The translations under genes were made by a program, and so were the position numbers. Below the pieces are notes generated by a model. It searched no databases. It saw only the letters and a program-made list of their open reading frames with translations, and was not told where the DNA came from. Positions 29,060 through 39,119 of a DNA stretch of 48,518 bases are shown here, piece after piece (position 1 is the first letter of the stretch; every line of letters begins with the position of its first letter). This DNA is from Myxococcota bacterium (GTDB lineage Bacteria; Myxococcota_A; Polyangia; Polyangiales; Sandaracinaceae), in assembly GCA_036149055.1 (NCBI GenBank), contig JAYZQJ010000230.1:1-48518 (forward strand). The letters run 5' to 3'.

Positions 29060-30841
29060 TCAGGCGGCTTTCTCGGCGAAGCCTCGGGCCCACTCGGCGA
29101 ACTCGGCCGGGGGAAGGGGCTTGGAGTAGTAGTAGCCCTGGATGTCGTCGCAGCCCTGCTGGCGTAGGAACTCGAGCTGCGGGACCTCCTCGACGCCCTC
29201 GGCGATGACGCGGAGGCCGAGCTGGTGGGCCATGTCGATGACCGCGTGCACGATGGAGCAGTTGTCCCTGTCCTCCGGCACGTGGCGCACGAACGAGCGG
29301 TCGATCTTCACCTCGCCCACCGGGAACGAGCGCAGGTTCTTCAGCGAGGAGTAGCCGGTGCCGAAGTCGTCGATCGACACGCCGCAGCCGTGGTCGCGGA
29401 GGCGCCGGAGCGACTTCGCCGCCTGCTCGCCCGCCTGGACCATCATGCTCTCGGTCAGCTCGAGCTTGAGCTGGGCCGCCGGCACGCCGGTCGTCTCCAG
29501 GATCTGCATGATGGTGTCGGCGAGGCCCTCGTCGCGGAGCTGCAGCGCCGAGAGGTTCACCGCCACCTTCAGCCCCGGGAGCTCGTCTTTCCAGGCGGCG
29601 ACCTGGCGGCAGGACTCCTCGAGCACCCAGCGGCCGATGTCGACGATGAGGCCCGTCTCCTCGGCGATCGGGATGAAGTGGAAGGGCGAGACCATGCCCA
29701 GCTCCGGGTGGTGCCAGCGGATCAGCGCCTCGACCCCGCGGAGCTCGCCCGTGTCGGCGGCGACCTGCGGCTGGTAGTGCAGCGCGAACTGCTGCCGCTC
29801 CAGCGCGCGGTGCATCGAGCTCTCGAGCACCAGCCGGTTGTAGGCGCGGTCGTGCTGCTGGGGGTCGTACATCGTGGCGTGGTTGCCGCCGCTCTCGCGC
29901 GCGTTGAACGCCGCCGCCTCGGCGTGCGCCGCGACCGCGAAGGCGCTCTCGTCGCCGCCGGAGTCCCACATCGCCACGCCGACGCTGCCGGTCACCCGCA
30001 GCTCGAGGTCGTCCATCGTGAAGGGCTGGCGGACCTCGCCGAGCAGGCAGTCGGCCACCGCCTCGGCGCCGATCGCGTCGCGCGCTCCGGCGTAGAGCAC
30101 CGCGAAGCGGCTGCCGCCCAGGCGGAAGACCTGCCCCTCCTCGGCCACGACCCGGCGGACGCGCATCGCGATCTCCCGGACCACCGAGTCCACCATCTCC
30201 GGCTGCATCGGGTGGAAGGCGCTCTGGAGCCGGTCGAAGCGATCGAGCTCGAGCACCATCACCGCCAGCGGGGACGGGCCGAGCTCGGCCGCCTCGAGGT
30301 GGGTGCGGTAGGCGGTCCGGTTCGGGAGGCCGGTCTCCGCGTCGTGGTGGGTGGCCTGCCACAGCGCCGCCTGCGTCTTCCGGAGACGCGAGGCGAAGGC
30401 GGTGGTCAGCCGCGAGTGGTGCGCCAGGCGCGCCTGCACGGTCTCGCGGATCTCCTGGGCCGTGAACGGCTTGGTCAGGTAGTCGTCCGCGCCCATGCCC
30501 ATGCCGCGGCGGACCGAGGCCCGGTCGTCCCGGGCGGTCATCAGGACCACCGGGATCGTCGCGCAGCGCGGGTGCTCCCGGATCGCGGCCAGGACCTCGA
30601 AGCCGTCCATGCCGGGCATGTTCACGTCCGTCAGGACCAGGCTGGGCCGGAGCGCGTCCAGCAGCCGGAGCCCCTCTTCGCCGCTCGCGGCGACCTCGAC
30701 GTCCATGCCCAGGCTCTTCAGGCTGCGCTTCACCGCGCGCCGCACCTCGGCGGTGTCTTCGATCACGAGGACGCGCGGTCGCGCCTCGGGGTCCGGGATC
30801 ACCGACGTGCCGGAATCATGTCGGTTCTCGATCGACTCCAT
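29060..30841 (-). CDS. Response regulator REC-GGDEF(degenerate)-EAL; probable c-di-GMP phosphodiesterase
   Basis: REC (VLVIEDT, LTDVNMPGMDG, TKPF); GGSRF in place of GGDEF; VEALIRW, ELTES, DDFGTGYSS, KIDRSF, AEGVE, IQGY intact. Confidence 0.92.
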   Translation of the reverse strand: MESIENRHDSGTSVIPDPEARPRVLVIEDTAEVRRAVKRSLKSLGMDVEVAASGEEGLRLLDALRPSLVLTDVNMPGMDGFEVLAAIREHPRCATIPVVLMTARDDRASVRRGMGMGADDYLTKPFTAQEIRETVQARLAHHSRLTTAFASRLRKTQAALWQATHHDAETGLPNRTAYRTHLEAAELGPSPLAVMVLELDRFDRLQSAFHPMQPEMVDSVVREIAMRVRRVVAEEGQVFRLGGSRFAVLYAGARDAIGAEAVADCLLGEVRQPFTMDDLELRVTGSVGVAMWDSGGDESAFAVAAHAEAAAFNARESGGNHATMYDPQQHDRAYNRLVLESSMHRALERQQFALHYQPQVAADTGELRGVEALIRWHHPELGMVSPFHFIPIAEETGLIVDIGRWVLEESCRQVAAWKDELPGLKVAVNLSALQLRDEGLADTIMQILETTGVPAAQLKLELTESMMVQAGEQAAKSLRRLRDHGCGVSIDDFGTGYSSLKNLRSFPVGEVKIDRSFVRHVPEDRDNCSIVHAVIDMAHQLGLRVIAEGVEEVPQLEFLRQQGCDDIQGYYYSKPLPPAEFAEWARGFAEKAA

Positions 30842-30947
30842 CGTGCCTCCACGGCCGAGAAGGTTCCTCGGCCCGTCAGGAGTCCCCAACGGCAAGCGGG
30901 GCACGATTCTTTAGCGACGGAGTCGTGAAGCGGCCCCGACGTGTCCG

Positions 30948-32756
30948 TCAATCGACCTTGAGAATCGCGTGGAAGGCGGCCTGCGGGATCTCCACGCTGC
31001 CCACCGCCTTCATGCGCTTCTTGCCGGCCTTCTGCTTCTCGAGGAGCTTGCGCTTCCGGGTGATGTCGCCGCCGTAGCACTTGGCGGTGACGTCCTTCCG
31101 GAGCGCCCGGACCGTCTCTCGGGCGATGATCTTGCCGCCGATCGCCGCCTGGATCGCCACCTCGTATTGCTGCCGGGGCACGATCTCCTTGAGCTTCGCG
31201 GCCAGGCTGCGGCCGAGCGCGTAGCTCTTCTCCTTGTGCACGATGGCGCTGAGGGCGTCGACGCGGTCGCCGTTGATCATCATGTCGACCTTCACGAGCT
31301 TGTTCGGGCGGTAGCCGGCCAGCTCGTAGTCCATCGACGCGTAGCCCTTGGTGGCCGTCTTGAGGCGGTCGAAGAAGTCGAAGAGGACCTCGCCGAGCGG
31401 CAGCTCGTAGGTGACGATCACGCGATCGGTCGAGGCGTACTGGATGCCCTTCTGCTCGCCGCGCCGCTCCTCGCAGAGCTTGATCACCGCGCCGACGTAC
31501 TCGGCCGGCACGTGGATGGCGACGTTGAAGTAGGGCTCCTCGATGCGATCGATCTGGGCCGGATCGGGCAGCCGCGAGGGGTTCTCGACGTCGACCTTCT
31601 CGGCGCCGCCCTTCGTGTACACGTGGTAGACGACGCTCGGCGCGGTGGTGACCAGGTCCAGGTCGTACTCCCGCTCGAGCCGCTCCTGCACGATCTCCAT
31701 GTGCAGCATGCCCAGGAAGCCGCAGCGGTAGCCGAAGCCGAGCGCGTCGCTGGTCTCCGGCTCGTAGGTCAGGGCGCTGTCGTTGAGGTGGAGCTTGTCG
31801 AGCGCGTCCCGCAGCGCCGGGTAGTCGCCCGAGTCGGTCGGGAAGATCCCGCAGAAGACCATCGGCTTCACTTCCTTGAAGCCGGGGAGGGGCTTCTCGG
31901 CCTTGCGCCGGGTCTCGGTGACGGTGTCGCCGATCTTCGTGTCCTGGACCGACTTGATGGAGGCGGCGAGGAAGCCGGCCTCGCCCGGCCCGAGCGAGTC
32001 GACCGCCATCGGGAAGGGCGAGAAGACCCCGAGCTCCGTGACCTCGTAGTCCGCCTTGGTGGCCATCATGCGGACCTTCATGCCCTTCTCGATGGTCCCG
32101 TCCATGACGCGGATGAGCACCATCGCGCCGCGGTAGCTGTCGTACCAGCTGTCGACGACGAGGGCGCGGAGGGGCCCGTCCGGGTGCTCGGTCTTGGGCG
32201 GCGGCACCCGCTTCACGATCGCCTCGAGGATCTCCTCGATGCCGATGCCGGCCTTGGCGCTGGCCGGGATGGCGCCCGAGCAGTCGAGCCCGATGACCTC
32301 CTCGACCTCGAAGGCGGTGCGGTCGACGTCGGCCCCGGGCAGATCGATCTTGTTGAAGACCGGGATGATCTCGAGGTCGTTCTCGAGCGCGAGGTAGACG
32401 TTCGCGAGGGTCTGGGCCTCGACGCCCTGGGCGGCGTCCACCACCAGCAGCGCCCCCTCGCACGCGCTGAGGGAGCGGCTGACCTCGTAGGAGAAGTCGA
32501 CGTGCCCGGGGGTGTCGATGAGGTTCAGCTGGTAGGTCTCGCCGTCCTTGGCCTTGTACTTCAGGCGGACGGACTGGGCCTTGATGGTGATCCCGCGCTC
32601 GCGCTCGAGCTCCATCTTGTCGAGCAGCTGGTCCTGCTTCTCGCGGTCGGTGATGGCGCCCGTGAACTCGAGGATTCGATCGGCGAGCGTGCTCTTGCCG
32701 TGATCGATGTGGGCGATGATGGAGAAGTTACGGATGCGCGAGATGGGAAACGACAT
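30948..32756 (-). CDS. lepA: Translation elongation factor 4
   Basis: [46 protein letters not shown]. Confidence 0.98.
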   Translation of the reverse strand: MSFPISRIRNFSIIAHIDHGKSTLADRILEFTGAITDREKQDQLLDKMELERERGITIKAQSVRLKYKAKDGETYQLNLIDTPGHVDFSYEVSRSLSACEGALLVVDAAQGVEAQTLANVYLALENDLEIIPVFNKIDLPGADVDRTAFEVEEVIGLDCSGAIPASAKAGIGIEEILEAIVKRVPPPKTEHPDGPLRALVVDSWYDSYRGAMVLIRVMDGTIEKGMKVRMMATKADYEVTELGVFSPFPMAVDSLGPGEAGFLAASIKSVQDTKIGDTVTETRRKAEKPLPGFKEVKPMVFCGIFPTDSGDYPALRDALDKLHLNDSALTYEPETSDALGFGYRCGFLGMLHMEIVQERLEREYDLDLVTTAPSVVYHVYTKGGAEKVDVENPSRLPDPAQIDRIEEPYFNVAIHVPAEYVGAVIKLCEERRGEQKGIQYASTDRVIVTYELPLGEVLFDFFDRLKTATKGYASMDYELAGYRPNKLVKVDMMINGDRVDALSAIVHKEKSYALGRSLAAKLKEIVPRQQYEVAIQAAIGGKIIARETVRALRKDVTAKCYGGDITRKRKLLEKQKAGKKRMKAVGSVEIPQAAFHAILKVD

Positions 32757-32851
32757 GGTGGTGCAGCCGGTGCATGCATGGAGTCGTCGCCCTGCGCAAG
32801 GACGACCTGCGAGCCGGCTCGGGGCCCCCGGGCGTCGGTCCCGGCGTGGCC

Positions 32852-33049
32852 CTACTTCTTCTTCGTCTCGCCGGCGGCGTCGAGCGTGAGCTGCCCGGGC
32901 AGGGAGTCGCGGTGCTTCTCGAGCACCATGTCGATCCCCTCGCGAATGTAGACCGCGATCGGCACCTTCGTCCGGGCGTTCAGCTGCTTGAGCCGATCGT
33001 TCTGCTCCGGAGTGATGTAGATGGTGGTCGAGATCTTCTTACGGGCCAT
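32852..33049 (-). CDS. Ribbon-helix-helix DNA-binding protein, CdbA-like (65 aa)
   Basis: [16 protein letters not shown]...[24 protein letters not shown] upstream. Confidence 0.8.
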   Translation of the reverse strand: MARKKISTTIYITPEQNDRLKQLNARTKVPIAVYIREGIDMVLEKHRDSLPGQLTLDAAGETKKK

Positions 33050-33288
33050 TCGCCACCTCACCTCCGTGCGCACCCTCGGCGTCCAGTGGCGTGAAGTTAC
33101 ATGGCACCACACATAATGTCAATCGAACGCGCGAGCGGAAAAGGACGGGCACGAGGTGGATATGCGACGTTTCCGGAGGGGCGTCCACCGTGGCCCGCGC
33201 GGGTTGCGGGGCTAGGGACCGGCCGCGTATGCTTCGCCGCTACCGAGCTGCCGCTACGGGAAGCAGGGGAACCAGATTGGCGCGTTCG

Positions 33289-34218
33289 ATGATGATCAAG
33301 CGATCTCGGGCACTCGAGGCCCGTCCGTGGCTCCCGCTGGCCGCGCTCGCCCTCCTGGGGGCGTGCGGAGGCCCGTCGGCGGTCGAAGACGCGCCCGAGG
33401 GCGCCCTCGGCGACCAGCAGGTCCGTCAGCAGTGCGACCCGGGCGGCCGCGAGGTCCGGGCGGTCGACGTCAACAACGACGGCAACCCGGACATCCGGCA
33501 CGTCTTCGAGGGTGAGCGCGAGACCTGCGTCCAGCTCGACATGAACTTCGACGGCATCGTCGACGTGACCCGCTTCTTCGGGCCGGACGGCACGACGGTC
33601 GTGCAGGAAGAGCACGACTTCGACTTCGACGGCCGGATCGACATGATCTCGTACTTCAACGAGGGCGTGCTGGTCCGGAAGGAGCTCGACACCAACTTCG
33701 ACAACCGCATCGACACCTGGGTCTGGTGCGCGGGCCGGCTCTACGCGCGGCAGGAGCGCGATCGGCACCACACCGGCCGGGTCGACACGTGGGAGTACTT
33801 CGACGACGGCGTGCTCCGCGAGGCGCGCTACGACGACAACAACGACGGCCAGCCCGAGCGCTGGGAGATGTTCCGCTACGGGCGGCTCGTCCAGATCAAG
33901 CGCGACACCAACCTGGACGGCGAGCCCGACCAGGAGGAGGACGTCCCGCGCGAGAGCGCCGGCGACCGCGAGAGCGCCCTGACCTGTGACGGCAGCGAGC
34001 CGCCCCCGGTGGCGGACGAGCCCCGACCCGAGCCCGAGACCAGCGGCGGCGAGACGCCCGACGGTGGCGCCGAGGGCGAAGGCGCGGGCGAGGGTGAGGG
34101 CGAAGGCGAAGGCGAGACGACGAACCCCGGCGAGGGCATGCCGTGGGAGGGCGTCGACGACGTGCCGCCCCCGGACGACGCGGGCGAAGGCGACGCGGAA
34201 GGCGAGGGAGCGGAATGA
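33289..34218 (+). CDS. Lipoprotein with repeated Dx[DN]xDG Ca-binding-type motifs and acidic tail
   Basis: Lipobox LGAC; DVNNDG, DMNFDG, DFDFDG, DDNNDG, DTNLDG at ~21-23 aa spacing; start uncertain. Confidence 0.8.
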   Translation: MMIKRSRALEARPWLPLAALALLGACGGPSAVEDAPEGALGDQQVRQQCDPGGREVRAVDVNNDGNPDIRHVFEGERETCVQLDMNFDGIVDVTRFFGPDGTTVVQEEHDFDFDGRIDMISYFNEGVLVRKELDTNFDNRIDTWVWCAGRLYARQERDRHHTGRVDTWEYFDDGVLREARYDDNNDGQPERWEMFRYGRLVQIKRDTNLDGEPDQEEDVPRESAGDRESALTCDGSEPPPVADEPRPEPETSGGETPDGGAEGEGAGEGEGEGEGETTNPGEGMPWEGVDDVPPPDDAGEGDAEGEGAE

Positions 34219-34958
34219 AGCGGTTCGGTGTGGCCCTCGTGGCGCTGTCTCTCCTCGGGCTCGGCGCGGCCGGCTGCGGCGGCGGCAACCAGCGCGATCA
34301 GGAGACCACGGGGACCCAGGCGCGGGCGATGGAGGGCTCCTCCCGCCCCGACGACGACCAGGGGCGCTGCCAGACCGAGGGCACCGATCGCGAGGTGAGC
34401 GAGTACGACACCTCGGGCGACGACTACCCGGACGTCCGGCGCGTGTTCCGGCGGGTCGGCACTCCCCCGCTGATCCGGCTCATCCTCGCCTGTCGCGAGG
34501 CCGACCTGAACGCCGACGGCGTGAAGGACGTGGTCCGCTACTACAACGACGAGGGGCGCCCGCTCCGCGAGGAGGCGGACCGCAACTTCGACGGCGCGAT
34601 GGACATCATCACGTTCTTCCAGGACGGCCGCATCATCCGCCAGGAGCAGGACACCGACGCCGACGGGCGGGTCGACACCAAGATCTACTACGAGGACGGC
34701 CGCATGGTCCGCACCGAGCGAGACCGCGGCGGGCGGAGCACGGCCACCGAGTGGCAGCCGGACACGTGGGAGTACTACGAGGACGGCCGCATGGTGCGCG
34801 TGGGCAGCGACCTCGACGGCGACGGCACCGTGGACCGCTGGGACCGCGACGCCGACTGGAACGAGCAGCGCCGGGCCGAAGAGGAGCAGCAGGCGGTCGA
34901 CGACGCGGCCGAGGAGACCGAGGAGCCCGAAGAGGGCGTCGGTGAGTTCGAGGGCTGA
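34215..34958 (+). CDS. Paralogous lipoprotein with repeated Dx[DN]xDG motifs
   Basis: ATGA overlap; AAGC lipobox; DLNADG, DRNFDG, DTDADG, DLDGDG. Confidence 0.82.
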   Translation: MKRFGVALVALSLLGLGAAGCGGGNQRDQETTGTQARAMEGSSRPDDDQGRCQTEGTDREVSEYDTSGDDYPDVRRVFRRVGTPPLIRLILACREADLNADGVKDVVRYYNDEGRPLREEADRNFDGAMDIITFFQDGRIIRQEQDTDADGRVDTKIYYEDGRMVRTERDRGGRSTATEWQPDTWEYYEDGRMVRVGSDLDGDGTVDRWDRDADWNEQRRAEEEQQAVDDAAEETEEPEEGVGEFEG

Positions 34959-34961
34959 TCT

Positions 34962-36311
34962 TCAGCCGTCGTAGCTGACGCGATAGAGGCGGCCGTGCGC
35001 CTCCTCGGTGAAGAGCAGGCTCCCGTCGGGGAGGGCGAGCACGCCGACCGGGCGGCCCCAGGTGGTCGGTCCCTGCGGGTCGAGCAGGAAGCCGCGCACG
35101 AAGGGCTCGTAGTGCCCGAGGGCGCGGCCCTCGCCGTCGAACGGCACGAACGCGATCTGGTAGCCCGTGCCCCGGCTGCGGTTCCAGGAGCCGCGGAAGG
35201 CGACGAAGGCGCCGCCCCGGTAACGCGCGGGGAAGGCCTCGTGGTCGTAGAAGGCCAGGCCGAGCGCCGCCGAGTGCGCCTCGAAGAGCACGTCCGGGGT
35301 GACGGTCCGCGCGGCGCGCTCGGGCGCCTCGCTGCGCCCGCCCGGGGCCCGACGCGGGTCGAGGTTCTCGGCGCGCAGGTAGGCGTAGGGCCAGCCGTAG
35401 AACGCGCCGTCCTCCAGGTGGGTGAAGAAGTCGGGCACCAGCCCGTCGCCGAGGTGATCGCGCTCGTTGACCGTGACGTGGGGCGCGCCGGTCCGCGGGT
35501 GGAACGTCAGGCCCACCGGGTTGCGCAGCCCCGACGCGAACACCCGCCGCTCGCTGCCGTCGAGCCGCATCCGGAGCACCGACGCGCGCGGCGACGGCTC
35601 GGGATCGACGTTGCTCCGGCTCCCGACGGTCACGAAGAGGTGCGCGCCGTCCGGGGCGAGCACCACGTTGCGGGTCCAGTGCTGCCGGTAGCCGCCGCCG
35701 GGCAGCTCGGTCACCCGCGCGCCCCGCCCCTCGATCCGGGCGCCCGGGCGGAAGTCGAAGCGGCGCACCTCGTCCTGGTTGCCGACGAAGAAGCCACCCT
35801 CGGCGAAGGCCATGCCGAAGGGCAGGTCGAGCCCGTTCGTCTCGTCGGCGAAGACCTCCCGCGCCTCGGCGACGCCGTCTCCGTCCGCGTCGCGCAGGGC
35901 GGTGATCCGGTTCTCCCGCGACTGGGCGACCAGCACGCGGCCGTCCGGCGCGAGGGCGAGCCAGCGTGCGCTCGGCACGTCGCGGGCGAAGAGCTGCACC
36001 CGGAAGCCGGCCGGCGCCTCCAGGGTGGGCGCCTCGGGGACCTCCACGAGCTGCGGCGGGCGGCGCGCGCTCTCGGAGGCGAAGGGCGCCGGCAGGGTGT
36101 CGACCTCGATGCGCACCGGCTCCGGGGTGAAGGCCCGGGTGGCGATCTCCTCCGGCAGGTCGGCGCGCTCGGGCGGCTCCTCCGGGACCGGCTCTGCAGT
36201 CGGCTCTGCAGTCGGCTCTGCGGTCGGAGCGGGGGCGGGCGTGCGCGCCCCGCACGAGCCGCAGGCGGCCAGGAGCAGCCCGAGCCCGATGTTCGTCCAG
36301 TGGCGCCTCAT
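34962..36311 (-). CDS. Glucose/sorbosone dehydrogenase family (PQQ-type beta-propeller) lipoprotein
   Basis: QHWTRNV, VGSRSN, FASGLRNPVGL, VNERDHLGD, FYGWPY, AHSAALG, RGSWNRS, GRPVG. Confidence 0.9.
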   Translation of the reverse strand: MRRHWTNIGLGLLLAACGSCGARTPAPAPTAEPTAEPTAEPVPEEPPERADLPEEIATRAFTPEPVRIEVDTLPAPFASESARRPPQLVEVPEAPTLEAPAGFRVQLFARDVPSARWLALAPDGRVLVAQSRENRITALRDADGDGVAEAREVFADETNGLDLPFGMAFAEGGFFVGNQDEVRRFDFRPGARIEGRGARVTELPGGGYRQHWTRNVVLAPDGAHLFVTVGSRSNVDPEPSPRASVLRMRLDGSERRVFASGLRNPVGLTFHPRTGAPHVTVNERDHLGDGLVPDFFTHLEDGAFYGWPYAYLRAENLDPRRAPGGRSEAPERAARTVTPDVLFEAHSAALGLAFYDHEAFPARYRGGAFVAFRGSWNRSRGTGYQIAFVPFDGEGRALGHYEPFVRGFLLDPQGPTTWGRPVGVLALPDGSLLFTEEAHGRLYRVSYDG

Positions 36312-36349
36312 GCCTCGATCGGGTAGCCGCGGCGGGGCGTCCGGGAAGG

Positions 36350-37063
36350 TCAGGCGCCCTCGACGCGCTCGAGCGTCCGGGCGTCGCGCTTCTCGAGCTC
36401 GGCGGCCACCGGCCCGATCGCGTCCCGGGACGGATGCCGCATCCAGAGCACCAGGAGGCGGTAGGCGGCGACGTTGGTGTCGGGGTCGGCGTAGATGGCC
36501 TCCCGGAGCGGCGCGAGCGCCTGGACCACGAAGCTCACCGGGTTGAGGCAGAGCCCGAGCACCGCCGAGCCGGTGGTCTCGAGGAACACGCCGATGACGT
36601 CGAGGTCCGCCTCGACGATCTCCTCGTCCTCGGGCTCGCCCCGCATCAGCTCGGCGAAGCGATCGACGGCCGCCTCGACCCGATCGGCGGCCGCGGGGTC
36701 GGGCTGGGCGGCGAAGCGCTCCAGCGCCATCGTCGCCAGCCGGCGCCGCACCTCGAGCAGGTCGCGCACGATCGGGCGGATCCCGTCGCCCCGCGCCTCG
36801 GCGAGGGCCGCCACCTCGGGCAGCAGCTCCAGGCCCGCGACGCGCCGGTAGTCCTGCACCACGTAGCCGCTCCCCTGCCGCACGGTGAGCAGCCGAGCGC
36901 TCGCGAGCCGCCCGAGCGCGCCGCGCAGGGTGGTGCGGTTCACGCCCAGCCGCTCGGCCAGGCGGCGCTCCGGGGGCAGGCGCTCTCCGGGCGACACCTC
37001 GCCGGAGAGGATCCAGGCCCGGATCGCGGCTTCGCAGGCATCGACCGCCGTTCCTTCCGACAT
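36350..37063 (-). CDS. GntR/FadR-family transcriptional regulator
   Basis: PGERLPPERRLAERLGVNRTTLRGAL...RQGSG wHTH; ATG at 37063. Confidence 0.9.
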   Translation of the reverse strand: MSEGTAVDACEAAIRAWILSGEVSPGERLPPERRLAERLGVNRTTLRGALGRLASARLLTVRQGSGYVVQDYRRVAGLELLPEVAALAEARGDGIRPIVRDLLEVRRRLATMALERFAAQPDPAAADRVEAAVDRFAELMRGEPEDEEIVEADLDVIGVFLETTGSAVLGLCLNPVSFVVQALAPLREAIYADPDTNVAAYRLLVLWMRHPSRDAIGPVAAELEKRDARTLERVEGA

Positions 37064-37126
37064 CCGGAGCCGAGCGTACCCGATCCGGGCTTCAGGCGGC
37101 GGGCCGCCCGTCCGTATCCCCCCGTG

Positions 37127-37366
37127 ATGATCGGCCCGCTCCCCGGCGCCGCGCGGGCCCTCCGCGCTCACGAGGCTCGCCTCTCCGAGGCGGCGGACGA
37201 GACCGCCCGGGCGGCTGCGCCGGTCGAGGACCGGGTGACCCTCGGCGAGGCCTCACTGGCCGACGCGACCGTCGACCGGATCACCGCGTCCGCCGGCTTC
37301 CGCGCCCAGCTGAAGGTCGTGCAGACCGCCGAGGAGATGGCCCGGGAGCTCACGAGGCCGCGCTGA
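37127..37366 (+). CDS. Small flagellar basal-body rod (Flg_bbr_C)-like protein, 79 aa
   Basis: N-helix ARALRAHEARLSEAADETA and C-helix SLADATVDRITASAGFRAQLKVVQTAEEMARELT match rod/hook D0 patterns; fills the gap between flanking genes. Confidence 0.65.
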   Translation: MIGPLPGAARALRAHEARLSEAADETARAAAPVEDRVTLGEASLADATVDRITASAGFRAQLKVVQTAEEMARELTRPR

Positions 37367-39071
37367 CGCCGGCCCGCGCCGACCGCGGCTCGAACGAGGG
37401 CGGCGGCACCACCCCGGTGCCCCGTGGGAGCCGGGCGTCCTCGAGCAGCCAGTAGAGCCGGATCAGGGTCCGGGGCGGGCAATCGGCGAGGGTCAGCCGG
37501 ATCCGATCGGCGGCCGGGTCGGCCTCGATCGGGATCGAGCGCTCGAGCCCGGTGCCGAGATCGGTCGCGCTGCCGAACGCGGTCCGAGCCCGCCCCTGGA
37601 GCCCGCGCACGGTGAGCGAGACCGCAGCGCACTGATACCGGTTCAGGAGCGCGACGCGGCCGTAGGGCGTGGCCTGGGCGCCGGCGAGCCGACCCTCCTC
37701 GGTCACCGTCCGGGCCAGCGCGCCCTCGAGCTGCAGGTGGGCGTCGCGCTCGGTGTCGACCTCGAGCTGGGCCGGGAGATCGGTCCGGCCATCGGCGCGG
37801 CGGGCCCCCGGCCCGAGAGCCAGCCGGGCCCCGCTCGGCGCCTCGACCGTCTCGAGGTAGCGCTCCCGCGGGCTGCCGGGGGCGAACCGGACGCGTCGAC
37901 GGAGCTCCTGATCCCAGCGCTCGGCGCCGTGGCGGCGCGAGGGGAGGAGCGTCACTTCCGTCTCGTTGGTCGACAGGCGGGGGCCGGGCTCGGTCGCCTC
38001 GTCCTCGGCGGCCTCGAGCAGCGCGAAGCGCGAGCCCCGGCGCCGCACCGAGACCATCGGGCGGCGGGCCACGTCTCCGTCGACCGCGCGCCAACCGAAG
38101 GCGACCTGCTCGACCTCCATGCGCTCGCCGCCCGCCTCGCCGCCGTCGACCTCGATCACGTTGAACGACGGCCAGAGGCGCGCGGTGTCGCGGTGCGCGC
38201 TCGGTCTCCACACCTGGGCCACCCCGGCGCTCCCGGCCGAGACGATCAACACGTCGCCGGCGTCGCCCCGCGTGCCCTTGAGCAGCCGGGTGGTGGCGTA
38301 GTGCTTGTGCCCGTGCAGGACGAGCACCGCCCGCCCCATCGAGTGCAGGGTCGACAGCGCGGTTCCCGCCCCGAGCGCGGTCATGAACAGCTCCTCGCGA
38401 TCCGCGTTCGCGAGGATGCGCGGCAGGCCGCGCTCGACCAGCCACCGCACCGCGCCCGGCGCCGCGTCGACCTCCACCGGGCCCAGATCGGTCAGCGGGG
38501 TGGGGATGAGGTGGTGGTGGAGCAGGAAGAGCACCGGCCAGTCGGGGTGGTGGCCGTCGACGATCGCCGCCGCCCGCAGCAGGTCCTCCTGGCGGAGCGC
38601 GCCGCCGGCCCCGATCGCCCCGCGCGGGAGGTGGTTGGAGTCGTAGGCGACGACCCAGAGCGGGAGGCCGTGCACCTCGTGCGGCACCACCTCGCTCAGG
38701 AACGGCCGCTCGCCGCCCATCACCCAGGCCCGCCCCCGCAGCCGCGCCCGCAGCGCGTCGAAGAGGCTCGTGTCGTGGGGCAGGAACAGCCCCGCGCGCC
38801 GGCGGTCGTGGTTGCCGGGGATGATGAGCGTGGGAGCGGCGCCGATCGCGTCGTGGATCTCGTCGAGCAGCGTCGCGAACGCCTCGGTCGCGCGGTCGTG
38901 GGGGAGGGTGGCGCTGTCGAACACGTCACCGGTGAGACAGACGAGGGACGCGTCCTCGCCGCGCCGCCCGCGCTCCAGGCGGAGGGCGGCGACCAGGGAG
39001 CGGAGGATCGTCTCCTGCTCGGCCGGATGCCCGAGCAGGTGCAGATCCGAGAGGTGGACCAACCATGGCAC
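37350..39071 (-). CDS. Calcineurin-like metallophosphoesterase with uncharacterised C-terminal domain
   Basis: HLSDLH, TGDVFD, PGNHD, LHHHL, HGHKH motifs. Confidence 0.88.
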   Translation of the reverse strand: MPWLVHLSDLHLLGHPAEQETILRSLVAALRLERGRRGEDASLVCLTGDVFDSATLPHDRATEAFATLLDEIHDAIGAAPTLIIPGNHDRRRAGLFLPHDTSLFDALRARLRGRAWVMGGERPFLSEVVPHEVHGLPLWVVAYDSNHLPRGAIGAGGALRQEDLLRAAAIVDGHHPDWPVLFLLHHHLIPTPLTDLGPVEVDAAPGAVRWLVERGLPRILANADREELFMTALGAGTALSTLHSMGRAVLVLHGHKHYATTRLLKGTRGDAGDVLIVSAGSAGVAQVWRPSAHRDTARLWPSFNVIEVDGGEAGGERMEVEQVAFGWRAVDGDVARRPMVSVRRRGSRFALLEAAEDEATEPGPRLSTNETEVTLLPSRRHGAERWDQELRRRVRFAPGSPRERYLETVEAPSGARLALGPGARRADGRTDLPAQLEVDTERDAHLQLEGALARTVTEEGRLAGAQATPYGRVALLNRYQCAAVSLTVRGLQGRARTAFGSATDLGTGLERSIPIEADPAADRIRLTLADCPPRTLIRLYWLLEDARLPRGTGVVPPPSFEPRSARAGVSAAS

Positions 39072-39119
39072 GGGCCGGAGGTTGATCGGGCTCGGGATCG
39101 TGCCGGTGACGGAGCGCGA

